A DNA stretch of 64,000 nt from Tubiluchus corallicola. Its lineage: Eukaryota > Animalia > Priapulida. The notes below the pieces were generated by a model. It did not search any database and was not told the DNA's origin. It saw nothing but the letters and a program-made list of their open reading frames with translations. The DNA is taken from contig JAQGDQ010002367.1 in the NCBI GenBank assembly GCA_030141605.1, forward strand, positions 620,001 to 684,000, given 5' to 3'. This document shows, piece after piece, positions 35,501 to 49,500 of this stretch. The translations under genes and the position numbers were made by a program. The number at the start of each line of letters is the position of its first letter. The stretch's first letter is position 1.

Positions 35501-38500
35501 AGGCTTGGCCTTTCCTATAAGATTATTATAGATTTCCTGTGCATATCTTTACATAGTGCTTATCGGATTACATGTTTTGTTTTCGTTATCGTGTATATTT
35601 GTTTTCGCGTGTGTGATTCCATCTTTTGGACTAAAAGTCTAATGACTGTTGTATGTATTTTTTATTTGTAGCAAATAAAATGATTTTATACAACTGTATA
35701 TTAGAAATGCAATATTTTACCCTTACCAAAAGTAACATGAATCTGTTCTCAGTGAATGAACCGATGCAACCAAAGAAGCCGACCACTAAGCAGATGAAGC
35801 CACAGATGAACATGATCATGCCTCCCGTCTTCATCCAGTACATGTCTGGACTTCCAGGAACAGCTAGAATGTTAATCAGTTCCTTAGTAATAATAGTGAT
35901 CATAAGGACTAGAAAACAGAGCTAAAAGTTATTCGTTTTTATGCAAAACCATTACTAAAATTAGGATATGGCCAAAAACGATTTTGGTGCTGAAATGCCA
36001 CTGTGACTAATTATCGAATTTGTCTAACCCTGCCTAGGGAAACCTCTACATCACGACTTGTCATTTGTACAGTAAATTTAGTAAAAATTACATAAATACA
36101 CATATTTTTCGTTAGAGTTTGAAGCACTTATTTATGGCACAACAATGCCTTATGTTATTCAGTTTTTGTATTCAAAGTCTGCAGAGTGCGTCGTGTTGTG
36201 TAATTGTGGATGTGTTATGTCATGTTTTATTGCAGTGCGTTGCAAGTGGTTATTTCTAAAGGTATGTAGAGGAGCAACGCTGTATTCTAATGAAACGGAA
36301 CTGATTTAATACATTATTTTGTTTTGTTTTGTTCTGTTTTGATTCATTTTTATTTCGTTACGTTTCGTTATATTTAACCGTTATTTTGGTACAGGTTATT
36401 GTTTAATTTGTGCCAAACTAACAGTAAAGCAGGCTTTTCTAAACTTATAGCTTAACATAATAACTACCAATTAATTATTACATCCTAGGATAGTTTCAAA
36501 GTATCAAATCAAAAGTTAACGCACCTGAAATGTACTTTATGTATTCTAGAAATCTTACGTCACTGATTGCGTAAATTCCAAACAATGCCATCAAAATTCC
36601 AGTCATCTGCAAAAAAGTGATTACATTAACTGCTTCGTTGCATTTACATTTGCTTCAAACAGTCGAAGCGCATGAAAAAAAATGTAAGAGAACCTAGAAT
36701 CTCATAAGTTCAAAAGCGTGCTCAAAGAAATATAAAAAATTCTTTAAGCGAGCAAGTAACAAAAGTCTACGTTTTTTATGCTAAGTTCGTAATACACTAT
36801 GATAATGATACCTTTTGAAGGCAGCCTATTCGGAAAAACCGTGTAACAAATAAGTAGGGCTTTTAGTAAAGAGTAACCTGCTTTAATGGCTCAAAAAGGC
36901 TCAATTTGCGGCCAGTAAGTTCTAATGCTTCGGTCTAAGTAACAAACAAGTTTCAGCTAAACGTAGACATTGCTACGTATCAAGATGCGTTACATAACCC
37001 CACTGGCATGAGGTTTATTCGCTCTTTCTAGTTGTTAATCAATAATAATAATAATCTTTATTATTTAAAGTCAGCTTTTTGCTGCACAATTAACACAAGA
37101 TCGAAAAATCTTTTGGACCGACTGTAAATAGTAACCTACACTACATAACATTATTATTACACCACTTTTACCCTAAATAACACACGCCAAGCAGGACAAT
37201 AGCAGTACCATTTAAAGTCTTTTGTATGACCGGCCACTGTATCCAACTCACGACCTCCCAGACGGAAAGCAGGCGCATTACCATTAGACTAAACCGCCTG
37301 GTCTAAAGGCTATTTTTCTTTTGTTTAAATTGTCTTAGCCTTAAGTTTATTGAAATTCTAATTAACACAGAAACATTGCGAACTCGTTTCAAGGTTTCTG
37401 TTTCCCGAAGTACACATATGGAAAATACATAACCCTTATTGGCATTTTTATTACCCTGGGGAAAAATTTAAAAATAGACAGCCCTAACTTAATACCTAAG
37501 CTAATCTGCGTTAGCATAGCATTTAGCAGACGAAGAGCACTGCTAAAGATCTTGAGTTAAAGTCGCGTTTCAAATTTAAAAAAGTTTTGACTTTCTAATA
37601 TAGTATTACTTCTATAGAATTATAATTATATCAACTCTGCAATTTGTGTCGAACTGTGTGAAGGCTTAATAATTTAGCACATAGGATGATAAAGCTCTTC
37701 CAGCGCTTTGATGTGATAATTGCATTAATTAAGATTCAATTACATTGAGATTCATAACCATCTGCGACAAGTATTGACACTCAAATAGAACAGCTTAAGA
37801 TAATGAAAGCTTATTCGCTTAGTTGTAGATGTTTCATACCTGAACAAAGGCGCAAATTACTTACAATATTACAAGATTTTTTGGAGTATTCCAATGAAAA
37901 ACCTTTGAAATCAGCTTTGGCTATACAAACGTCGTATACGCATATAAAAAATTTTGCAAGTAGTATAAAACTGAGGAGTGAAAGAACTGAATTAGATAAA
38001 CCAATTTTGCGCAATTTCGCAACTTGGAATACATGTACAGGATCTGGTGACCTATAAACAGTAGATTACAGTGGTTGATAGGTTTAGGTTTTATGCTACA
38101 TTACTGCGCCTAGATCAGGAGATGCTGATTTATTGGATTGTTCAAAAATAAAATGCGTTGTAGAAACACGTATGGCTTTACCTTTAATACTTATGGCTTG
38201 AATTCGATTTATGACTTTTAGAAATTTGTGTAGTGACAAAGGTGTGTAATAAGAAAGACAGTAAAAAGTGAACTTGAGAAAATTGGACAACTGAGAAAAA
38301 TGGGCAGTGAAATAAGTGGACAGAGAGAGAGAGAGAATTTCACAAGTGAGAACAGTGAACAGTGAAAAAAGTGGACATGACAAAACTGGACAGTGAAAAA
38401 AGTGGACGGTGAGAAAAATGGATTGTGAGAAAAGTGATGAACATGTGAGTGAAGTGTAAAGTGAGGAAAGTAGATAGTGATAAATGAAAAATTGGGCAGC

Positions 38501-41500
38501 TATAGCTAAGCATTGGTAAAATGAGAATAGTTTCTTATACAAGACCATAGGCTACTTATAAGAATTAGATAATGCTGATAGTTGAAATAGATGTCTTACA
38601 GATTTCAACATTGACGATGGGTACAGTTCTTTCTTGGGTTTTACTGAAAGCAAAAGAAAAAGCTAAGCTAAGGGCTTCTAGCAGCTCGTTATTTCATCTT
38701 ATAAGTTGACAAATGGGTATATTTCCATCCTGCTACAATCATTATGTAGAGCCTGCTGTAAGATATTAGACTACGGAACGCTAAACTGCATGACGAGAAG
38801 CAAGCAGTTTTTTTATTCAAAAACATTCACATGACGGTGCCTATTCTAATTAATAAGGTAAAAATAAATCAATCTAAATACATTTACAATGCGTCTACTT
38901 TTATATATATATACAGGGTGTTTCAGAAGAAACAGTGCATTGGATCACGATGACGTCACAATTCAGAAGTCCAGGCTTCATTTTGGGTAAAATAACAAAT
39001 TAAAGTTATTGCATATTCAGAGCATTATTCTTGGTTAAGGGTGTTTTTCAAAACTTCCGGCAGTTCTTTTAATACAATATCTCATTAACTGGCTTAACAG
39101 TTAACACTCAACCGCATTTGTGATTTGGTCAACATATTTGTTTCTTCTGGAACACCCTGTACGTGAAGTTCGGTCCACATTCGATCTCGCTGGCGACGCA
39201 GAAAAATTCTGTGAAGCTGAAATGGAATGTATGAATTTGTTGAAAAATGTGTCTACTAGTTAAAAGACGTAAGAATTTGTTGGAATTCTTTAGGCGTGTA
39301 AATTAGTTGTAAATTAATTACTATCTGCTGACTGTAATTAAGTGAAAAAATGGCTGATCTGCTAGATGACCGCGTGTCTCAATCTGCCTTCGCAGCTGTT
39401 GGTGTGGACTGCTTTGGTCCGTTTTTTGTCAAAAGAGGTCTTTCAGAGGTGAAGAGATACGGATGTGTCTTCACTTGCCTGAATATTCGTGCTGTTCACA
39501 TAGAGGTACTACATTCCCGGAAGACCGATAGTTTCATTAATGCTCTTTTCAGATTTATTTCTTGCCGTGGGCCTCCATCTATCATCCGATCTGACAATGG
39601 CACTAACTTTGTCGGTGCAGAGAAAGAATTGAGAGCAGCAATGTGCAACTGGGATCAGCAGAAGATTGCAAATGTTCTACGGAAGCGTCAGGCACAATGG
39701 ATCTTTAACACACCAGGTGCATCCCATCGTGGTGGAGCTTGGGAAAGGATGATCCGATCCATTCGCTGAGTTGCATTTTCTATATGCAGTGAGCAAAGAT
39801 TTGATGATGAAAGCTTGTCTACTCTGATACTATTGTGCATGGTAGAGTCCATTATAAATGACAGGCCGATTACAACAGTATCAGATGATCCAAATGGTCT
39901 TGAGGCTCTTACTCTAAACAATTTACTGCTGTTAAGAACTGGTTCAGTACCCGTCAAGCTCTTTGATTCTTCTGACTTATGTAGGCGAAGATGGCGCCCG
40001 GTATTTGACAGACGTCTTTTGGCGGCGATGGACTCGTGAATATCTTCCGATGCTACAACAATTCCAAAACTGGGAGGAACAGAAGGAAAATCTCAAGCGT
40101 GGAGGTGTTGTTCTATTAATCGACAACACCTTGCCAAGAAACCGTTGAGAACTTGGTTGCATTGTTGATACCTACCCGGGTAATGATGGCTTGGTCCGCT
40201 CTGTGTTACTCAAGACAAAGTCGTTAACTCTGAAACGGCCTGTGCAGAAGCTTTGTCTGCTTGACCGTGCTTAGCAAACTGCTGTTTTGTGTTCCAAAAT
40301 GAGATTATAGTTTAATGATTGATAAATATTTTGTTATGTTTCATGTTCTGGATAGAACATTCAAAGGGGGCGGCGTGTTGCAGGTACAAATGTTTTGGTC
40401 TATTTCCCCTTCCCAAGGTAGTATATGCATTAGAAGCCACAATACATTAGACTGTAGTTCTACGAGATGGACTACTTTTCTACTCTGACATTGTACTGTA
40501 TAGACGAAATTTGTTACGCACACACGTCTCTGTTTCCTTTAAAATTTGACCTGTAATTATTCTGCTACTGCTACCTTTTACTGACATTCTGGCTTTTCGT
40601 GACTCAATATTGGACCAACAAAGCATTTTAGCCTTTTAGTGTAACATCGTAATCTGTAGCACTTATTGCAGTAGCTTTGTAGAGGTAATAATTGTAGCTA
40701 GCCAGTAGAATTGCGCAATAACTTTGTAGACTAGAGCAAATTTGTATTTTTGCAGAATAAACAATTTAGCTGTGGAAACGCAACACTGGTTTGAGCGTGT
40801 ACATTACACTTGTTATCGAATCCGAGTGTGAGAATTATTAGTTCTGACGCTTATTATTCTTTTATTAGCACTTTGCAACTCAGCACTTGCACCGTGGAGA
40901 TACCTGTTTCAGACGCAGTCTGTTTTGTAAATCCACTATAAATAAATGAAGTTTAAACTAACTAAAATAGTTGAAAGTTACGTGGAATCCTTAGACACGC
41001 GAATTCGTTGAAACTGTATATTTTTCTAGAAAACTTGTGAAGTTGTTGGAAAGCATATGAATTGTTGAAAAGTATGGCAAGTACACAAAAGCTGTGCGAA
41101 TTTCTTTGGGAGCTGTTCAGTTTATTTAGGAGTCATATGAGGTGTTGTAGACTTCCAAATCGTCCAGTCAGGGCCTGATTAACGCATGAGCAGACTAAAC
41201 GCGTCTGCGGGAACCGAGACTCAGTGGGCGCCAAGCTGGCAAAAAAGTGAAAACAGATACAGTTTTAATAAAGTATGTTAACATAAACCTCAAATGAAGT
41301 TGATAACATCACTAAATGAGCCATTGTGTAATTGAAAGGTGTTACTGATATATTCAGATCGTTTAGAATTAAACTGTTTGTTTAGTGTTTATACCTCAGT
41401 AACTAGTGACCTCAGGTGCTGTAAATGACTAATTTTTTGCTTAATGTCAAACATCATACATTCTTTTCTGTAGTTGATTTATTTAATTATTAGAATTTCA

Positions 41501-42045
41501 TTTTGATGTCAATAAATATTTCAATTGCATAAATCTTAGATATATAGCAATACAGTTAGTTTTATATAATATATAATGTCGCATAATACGTATGCTTTTA
41601 GCCGCGAGACGCGCACGCGGTGACGCGAGGCAAAGAAGAAATGGGGGGGTGCTTGGGGCACCAATACACCTTAATTCGGCCCTGCATCCGGTTAATGGCT
41701 ATGTAGTGTTCTTAGAGGATGTGTATTTTTACTTATAAACTTTCTGTGTTCTCGTTCTTTTTACATGCAAACCAGAGGAGCAAAGATAACAGTCACATTT
41801 CTACAAAGCCCTACTTAAACTAGAAATTAAATATCAGACGAATTATTATTATTAAGTAAGTTAATAAAACTGTACAATGATTCCGGTGCACGTCTACCAT
41901 CATGGCTCCCACCATTATTTAACTAGTCAGAATAAGCTAACATTATACAAAACTATATGAGCCCATCAACAGAACTTACCCAAAAACAAAACGTGAATAC
42001 CAAAAGTAGGTATTTCATCAACTTGTACGTGCCTTCGACAGCCAT
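31108..42045 (-). CDS. tetraspanin, 8 coding exons, 237 aa
   Basis: Exons 42045-41980, 36606-36525, 35863-35727, 33783-33709, 33042-32941, 32742-32641, 31971-31888, 31173-31108 (714 nt). MKYLLLVFTFCFW (TM1), GFFGCIGSFTENRFMLLLY (TM2-TM3), EC2 DHMQQFGRCCGANGTVDW...IPRSC...GC, TM4, short tail ending EKAY. Confidence 0.92.
31992..32218. repeat. 46-bp minisatellite, about 5 copies
   Basis: Unit ttttagcattgctctgaatgtgcgttgtgtagcgaaatgcagccca in a tetraspanin intron. Confidence 0.9.
32360..32537. repeat. compound trinucleotide microsatellite (ATT)n(AGT)n(ATC)n(ATT)n
   Basis: Directly visible. Confidence 0.95.
33098..33400. repeat. (TTGTA)n then (TTGCA)n pentanucleotide microsatellite
   Basis: About 200 bp of TTGTA followed by about 100 bp of TTGCA. 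Confidence 0.97.
34500..34790 (+). mobile_element. possible heavily decayed Tc1/mariner transposase C-terminal remnant
   Basis: Frameshifted fragments resemble DFNP..IGAILK.R.E ... YPRRIA ... GG.HTK, similar to the Tc1-like C-terminus. Confidence 0.3.
35096..35516 (+). mobile_element. TTAA/AGG-terminated MITE (Kolobok-like), related in reverse to ~6935-7100
   Basis: ttaa|aggagagaac...atgttgggttta.ttt.ctg...acttagaaaaata.aacaa is the reverse complement of 7027-7100; degenerate cct.taa right end. Confidence 0.45.
37041..37303 (-). mobile_element. tRNA-derived SINE with Meta-domain-like core (best-preserved copy)
   Basis: Minus strand: ggcggtttagtctaatggtaatgcgcc (box A-like), ggtcgtgagttggatac (box B-like), then GGTCATACAAAAGACTTTAAATGGTACTGCTATTGTCCTGCTTGGCG, with a probable (att)n tail near 37041-37055. 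Confidence 0.65.
38914..39159. mobile_element. Tc1/mariner-type MITE with TA target-site duplication
   Basis: TA|cagggtgtttcagaagaaaca ... tgtttcttctggaacaccctg|TA. Confidence 0.8.
39350..40785 (+). mobile_element. 5'-truncated BEL/Pao LTR retrotransposon (disrupted integrase + PPT + 3' LTR)
   Basis: GVDCFGPF..KRYGCVFTCLNIRAVHIE, SDNGTNFVGA, GGAWERMIRSIR*, INDRPIT, FWRRWTREYL, YPGNDGLVRSV..KRPVQKLCLL (BEL/Pao integrase with stops and a frameshift); PPT-like aaagggggcggcg before LTR 40376-40785, which is bounded by tgttgc...gcaaca and contains AATAAA. Confidence 0.9.
41169..41684. mobile_element. hAT-like MITE
   Basis: cagggcc...ggccctg termini; imperfect 8-bp flanks cgtccagt/catccggt. Confidence 0.6.
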
Positions 42046-43565
42046 TTTAAACACTTCTTGCAAAGGAAAACAAAAGAAAATTAAAGTTCTTTCTTTTTAC
42101 TAGCGCACGATATGTGTGTGTGGTGAATAATCGACTGGCTGAGGGTAAACATAAGGGACGTAGGTTCAAGATCAAAGTCCAACAACGTATAGCAGTAATA
42201 TACAGATACCTCTAATACTTCCACTAGTTCAGCTCTATGTAGGGTAACTATTTACATTCCAATGTATAAACGTAAGTCTGAAGGTACTATATAGTGTTTT
42301 GTGTACCTTTTAATCTTGGCAATAACAATCTACACTATATTCATATTCTGCCAAAACAGGGCATACGTCAGTTCTGTCGTAGGCGTTATGAAAAAAGATA
42401 AAGCTCTTCAGTAGTAACCTGTTAGTTAAAATAAAATTAAAACGCGTTAACGTGAACGACCATCATTTTACATAATTATATGCTGATATTTTATTACATC
42501 GTGTACTTGCGATGCGTCCTTGTGAAAACGTACTTGTTTCACCCTGAAAATTTCCCTGCATTTTCCACAAATATTTTCATTTTTTTATGACAGAATTTCC
42601 TAATATAAATTTATATAAACCGGTGATTTTTGAGGAAAACCATTTTTTGCATTTCAAAGCTCGTTAAGGTTTGCTTACACGTTCATGCGGTATGTGCAGA
42701 CAATTATGCTGGTGAGATATTAATACTTATTACTGTACATTTAGATGAAATACTTATGCAAGCACATACAGCTAATGCTGCTAGATATGTCAAACTTCTG
42801 TCACCATCATATCATGAACTGATTGACACTTCAATCATGAATTTTCAAGAATTATGGCTTTGCTTTTTATTCTAGTTAAAAAGCAGTATGCGTCTCCAAT
42901 ACTCAGTGTTCAATAGGAGTCTATCAAAAAAATAATCAAAATTTGTTAAACTTTTTTCCCTGATGAAGCAAAAAATGATCAGTTCTCTTTTTTATACATA
43001 TTGCTTGCTTCTATGCTGCAATTAACTTGCTTAACTTCACAAAATGCAAACTATTATGCAAGCAATTTTCTAGATATGTACAATCATTTATTAGCACAAT
43101 TGTTACAACAATTTTGAACATACATATAGCATATTTCAGTGTCAATGGATTACAACTCTGTAATACATGGTTTTCAAATCATTACGTACATCATTTGACT
43201 ATTTTTTACTTCATTTCAAAAAGTTATATAATAAAACGTGTGTATGTGTGTGTGTGCGTGCATGTGTGAGTTCAAGGCTCAGTAAATACACTTTGCTTGC
43301 AAGTTGCATATCTCAAGGAATCCAACAACAGAGACACCACAAAATTTATCACAAATAAAGACTTTTTAGCCTTCAGGCCTAACAATACACAATCTAAGAG
43401 TTTCTCTTTTAAATAAATTACAAAAATAGTTATACTTGTATCCACATAAAAGTTTTGTAAAACACAGCAAATTAACTGTGCTGCTCTTATTTAAAAACTG
43501 AAAATGAACTTAAAATATTTGAACTAATTTTAACAGATTCAAAGAGCAGACTATCGTATACATCA

Positions 43566-46500
43566 TCAACATTTTCTTTTGACTTCAGGACTTCCATCAC
43601 AAACAGCAAGCCTGAGTTTTACAGGACACTGAAAAATTTCTATCAGTTCTGCCGTAGCTTCTTCAATGACGAGTCTAATGAGAACTCCTTCCTTGCCAAT
43701 AACTTTCTTCTAAAAAAGAGAAGCATTTTCCATTACATTGTTAATAATATCCTATTTTGTGTTTTAGTTGTTTGTGTTTTAGCTAGGAAACAATAGTGCA
43801 GCACATGCAGCATAGGAGAACTACAAACTTTACATTAACTTCTTTAATTTTTAAGCCTAACTCGAGTCGAGTGACGTTTAAGTATGAAAACTACTATTTG
43901 CACTTAGAAAGACAGGTTAATGCCAAGTTTCACACAAAAAGATAGCACCTGAATAAAGTAACAGAAACAAATGACATACTTATGATATCAACACTTTTCT
44001 CAAATTAGCTGGCAACTAATGATGTCATTAATTAATTAGAATATGACTGTGACTGCCAGAATAGTAATAAACCATTGCAATTAATTTCAACAATTATTAC
44101 CCAATGTGGGTAATGAGTTTAAGAAAGAAGATGCTGAAAAATTGTTGACTAGCTGGAATTTGATCCTGAGATCTAATTAATTAACAATTGACAAATGACA
44201 TACTTCTACAAAGGTTTTGACAACTCTATTAGAGTTGGCAGTATTTTTGCCAGCATCTTTCTTAACAAAGCTTGCAAATGCATATTAGCATTAGGAAACA
44301 AAAAAAATTTTATTCATTTTTGAAATTTGCAAAAGTTTGCAGCAGTCATTAAGTAGGTACTTTTGGCACAAAAATATTTTTTTGATAAAGATGGTATTAA
44401 ATTTTGCTTAGAAACTACTTATGCATCTTAATTATATTAATGTTGTTCCTAGTTATAAAGCAATAGTATATATAAATTTGAATGTTCTTGCATTTTTAAT
44501 TTTACCTATTTGCACTGAGATACTCAACTAAATGGTTCAAACAATATATGCTTTGGATTTTTTTACACAATTCAGAATCCTACAAGCTGGAATACGCCAC
44601 ACAGTGGCATTCCTACTGAAATTAGGTGGTCATGGCAAAACCAGCGACTTTTCTTTCTATCAAGTCCGTGCTTCTAAGAAGAGCCAGCAAACCAGCAGAG
44701 GTATAGCAGCCACATTTGGGTGTATACAAGTTCTCCCTCTAAAAGGTAAGCAGCCTAATATGAAAGAAACGACTCACAGCGAGAATAGAAGCGTTTCACC
44801 CAACCACTTGTTGGTATCAGCTGTCAGTATCAGCCTTATCACCTATCAGCTATCTTAACTTTAGTAGCCAAAACATAGCTGCTACCATGAATCTTGATTG
44901 ACTTGGCGAAAGAAAACCCATAAAAATGCAGTTTAACTATACATCATAAATTGGAAAAAATCGTACCACTAATCCGGAACGTGGTGCAACGACATCTACA
45001 TTAATCACTAAAGTGCCTCTTTCATCTGGAACCATCAACTTAACATCCTACAACAAACTGACTCTATTAATTAGAATAGTGGCAATTTCTTTCTTTCCTA
45101 TTAATTACTAAATAAAAAACAAAGTTTTGAGGACATGTAATAGCTCACATGACAACTATATGACACATTTCATTAAAAACAATTCTGCAAATTTACATTT
45201 GAAAATTGTTTATTTTGCTTTGCTTCAAATAATAGAATGAAATAAATGCAAAAAAATAAATAAATCATATTACGTTATGTAAAAACAAAAATTTGTTTAT
45301 AAAAAAGAAAAGTACAAATTACGAACATAAACCAGCAGTTTTTTTTACAAACAAATAATGTTCTCTGAAGTCTAAATTAATAAATCCAATCGCAATCAAA
45401 TTTAGGCCATTTGCTTTCTCACATTCCTAATTATTTTCAGATCAAACAGTTCTATAGCTCTGCCTAACACGGCAAAAAACCAATTTAACAAACAAGTAAT
45501 AATTATTTTTTTAAATAAAGTAATCACAAAAAAATTCATTAGAGGTGTCTGAATTTTAGAAGCAGTATGAAGATCTTACCAGTTTTAAGCAATAAGGTAT
45601 TTCTTGTGGCAGCGTATCTAGTAGCTTTCCTCTTATGCACATCTCAACAATCTCTTCTGGTGCCTGATCTGTCACAAAATGCTTGTGATACAACCACTGA
45701 CTGGGCAGAGCATGATCTATTAACCATTGCTACAAATATTAACATAATTTCATAATAATGTTTAGTTGAAGGCTCAATTGTGGTTCAGCACTGCTACTGA
45801 CATTTAATCTAGACAAATACAAAGCATCCAATTTGTATAAAAAGCATAGCAGATATAAGACAAAGTAAAGTACTATCAGAAATAGTATGCTATCGCAAGA
45901 CAATTATTCGTCGAAAATACATCATTAATTTGGCTTTTAATGTCTTTACACTACTACAATTCTACACTGTTATAGCAATTACGTTCAGTAATGCAGGGGC
46001 GCTTGGAAAAGTGTTCTATTGATGTGTTTTGTTTGGTTTCGACAAAGTTTGTGCTTGACAGTTCAATATATGATATACCTACTAATCAAGTTATTAAGAC
46101 AAATTGACACTTTCAAATTTTTCAAACTTACAAAAAGGATTTTTAATTTGACTCTTTGTTCAATAGCAGTATTTTGTGGGGAAATGCACGTTTCTGATTG
46201 AAAACGCATTGACAAGTTTACTAAAAGCATTGTACACTGTACATAGTGCGTGCCATTCATAAAGAGTGTTCACTGAACACTTAAGTAACATCAGAGCGGA
46301 TCAATAATTTTAAGGCCTGCATATCTTAAGAAACATAGAATTAGGTGGCAACCAACTAAAAATATTTAAATTGTGTACAAGAGAGTATTTCCATAAATAC
46401 CTAATATGGGCATATAACAGTCAATATATTAATTACTGAAAACAATATCATTGGCATAGAAGTTAAACAATAATACGACTAATTTTGATGGCGTTCTTAA

Positions 46501-49500
46501 CATGATCCCAGCTAAGCACATACTACTGAAAACAATAACTTGCAATAAGTTTTATACCTTTAAATACGAAACTCCCGTACCCTCCAAAGCTGACACGTAG
46601 AAAACTTCACTAAAGAAAGGCCAACCCTTTTTGTTCAACAGCACTTTGCGCAAAATCTTTTCCTTTTCTGACAGACCTTCATTAGACTCCAAGTGAGCAT
46701 CATAATCACCTAGTCTTTCAATTGGTGTTCTAAATCTATCTGTTTTCACGATCACAGGACAAGGCTCAACATTGTATAATTTTTTCAGTAACAGCATAGT
46801 CTCTTCAGAAATTTGGTTACTGTTTGCTCTGACATCAACTTCTAAAAAGTCTTGCTTTTCATTATATTTGTTTTTTTCCACCTTCAAATGTCTGTCAGCA
46901 TTTTTAAAGAGATCAGACATCTGCGGTTGTTTCTGACGAGCAGCTGGGACTCCGTGAGGTTTTCCACCTACAATACCTTCCGCAAGTTTCCGGGAAATGT
47001 CCAAAGCCAGCAAATCAGACTTCAGCAAGTCTACCTGAAAACAACACAATGCCAAGAAATATACAAATAGGATAATATAAAAGGACATCTATGTAGCAAC
47101 AGGAATACAAGAAACAAAGAAATAAAATCTGCAACAGTTTTGTTTGTGTATATGCAGTCAATGCATAAATGTTTGTGTATATGCAGTCAATGCATAAAGA
47201 ATTTGAAGACTATTTTACAGCTTTTTTCTCTTGACACCTGACATAAGCAAGATTTTGCACAGCAAAGAAAAATGCCATAATGGTGTTTATTTTAATGGTT
47301 TATTTAAAGGTATTTATTTATGATATAGCATCAAATATTAGACCTTGGAAAAGGATTTATGTTGAGGACAGCCTATACTGCCAATTTTTACATGCTGAAT
47401 AGTCTTTGAGTCATGAAGAAATTTATTAAGTAGCAGTCACCTTGACCATTCTAACTCACAAATGTAGCAGATATGGTGACGCCGATCCATGACAAATGGT
47501 AATGCCATGTATTCTAGTAAATGCTTAGCATTCCTAGTATATATCAAAGGAGACCATTGGACAGACTTTTGTGTATTCGATATACTGTTTTTAAAATACA
47601 CTGCAGATACAAATATAGGCAAACAGAGGAATGTATCAATAATTAATACATGACAAGTTGGCAAAAATCAATACAGTAACAACATTACTGTGTAATTTAG
47701 AAATGCTATACACCTTGTTTAAAATTAAAACAGATTTCTTATCTTGATGTTTGCACAGCATTTGAAGAATTTTGTAATCAATACACTGTCTTCCTACAAA
47801 GTTAGAAACGTCCACTATCACAGCAACTGAAAAAGAATTATGTGTATTTTTAGTATATATATATAAAATATAATTCATCTACTAGTTGTTAACTAAAAAG
47901 TTAAAATATTTTTTGATATTTTTGTATGCAGATCATGCCAAACAGAGCCAGAGCTATGCCACTTAAAGAGAAGCGCTACAGTTAGAAACCCAATAAATGC
48001 AAGAAAGCAATACTCAGTTTTAATCTCTAAAAAAATTTTGCACTCCACTGGGACTCGAACCAAACACCTTCCGCTTTCTGGGCAGTTATGCCAACCTAAA
48101 AATATGAGAACAGTGCAGAAAGTTGTCTTATAACTAACTGCTTAGTGGTAGATGGTATTTGATGATACTCTTCGTGAAGCAAACAGGACTGCAATAAGTG
48201 GGAAAGCAAATGCCTAGTAAAAAATTTCAACAGATAGGAAAAGTCCTAGAAAAAAATTGAATTGATATCCTGCATCTAAAAAAGGCAAGAAAAAATGAAA
48301 AGCAATAGTAAAACAAGTACCCCACGGAAACTATTGAAATCTAAAAGCCAATAAAGAAAGACCCAAATGACAGTTTCCTCCACAAAAAGCAGTGACAAAA
48401 GCAGTCTAATGTTGATGAGCAAAGAAATTATAAAATTTGACTTAAACGAAACACAAATAAATTTGCAACTTCATTTTGTAATCTGCCAAATAAATAAATT
48501 AAAATAAAATAAAATACCAAATGAATTCCTGTAACGAATGCCCACGCAAATTTGTAAAAATAAACAATAATTACTAGTCACAACAAAAAAGCGAATAACA
48601 ACAATTTTCAACCCATTTAAATGATCAATTATAATTATCTGGTTTTACAATTACTCTAGATAAGGAGATACATTTTTGTTAAAGAAAACGAAGTGTAATT
48701 ACTAAATGACTAGTTTTGTATAACCTGAACTTGAGAACAAAGCTAAATGACCACTAGTGAGGTTACTCACCAAAGACAAGTACTTTTCCTGCTAGGATGT
48801 TTAGCTTACAGCCAGGGCCATATTGTGACATTTTGGGTCCCCTAGGCCAATGAAATTATATGCCTCTCAGACGGAGCCACCCTCTAACTCGCCTGCACTC
48901 ATTTTCAAAATTTTTACTAGTGATATATATTAGGGACGTTTACGTAGCTTGTAGTAAACATATTGCAAAATTCTTTACATAAACTAGAACAGCCATCTTT
49001 TGTTTGTGAATAAAATATACTTTAAGAAATGTTACCATTTTACTATTTATTGGAAACCATACTACCACATATTTCAACACAGCCATAGTGGAAAAACAGA
49101 TTTGTTACCAAAGCTTGAGGGGCCCTGGGGATACTAGCCCATAGGAGTTGATATGGCCCTACTTACAGCTTTTTTGAAAAACCCAACGAGGCTTGAGGTC
49201 TTTCCAGCCAAATGTAGAAGCAGTGTCAAGAGCTAGACATTCTACTAACTGCACTATACTACTAGGATGATATGAAGAACAAATAATTATGAACCTTGAA
49301 CAGAGTTTAGTAAGAAATAAGTCAAAGCAAATAAGATGGTGCAAAATTTCTCAAAAAAATAAAATGGTTCACAAATTTGAAAATATTAAACTTACCCAAA
49401 TCAGCTTCATTTAACGATGCTTCCGGATCGTCAACAACTGAATTTTCCAAGTTGTGTCTGTCGATAAAAAATTAATTATATTATGTAAAAGATAATTCAT

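Noticed and set aside
38230-38520. 150-aa hydrophobic minus-strand ORF
   Set aside because: Arises from degenerate gtgaaaaaagtggaca-type low-complexity repeats; no recognisable domain
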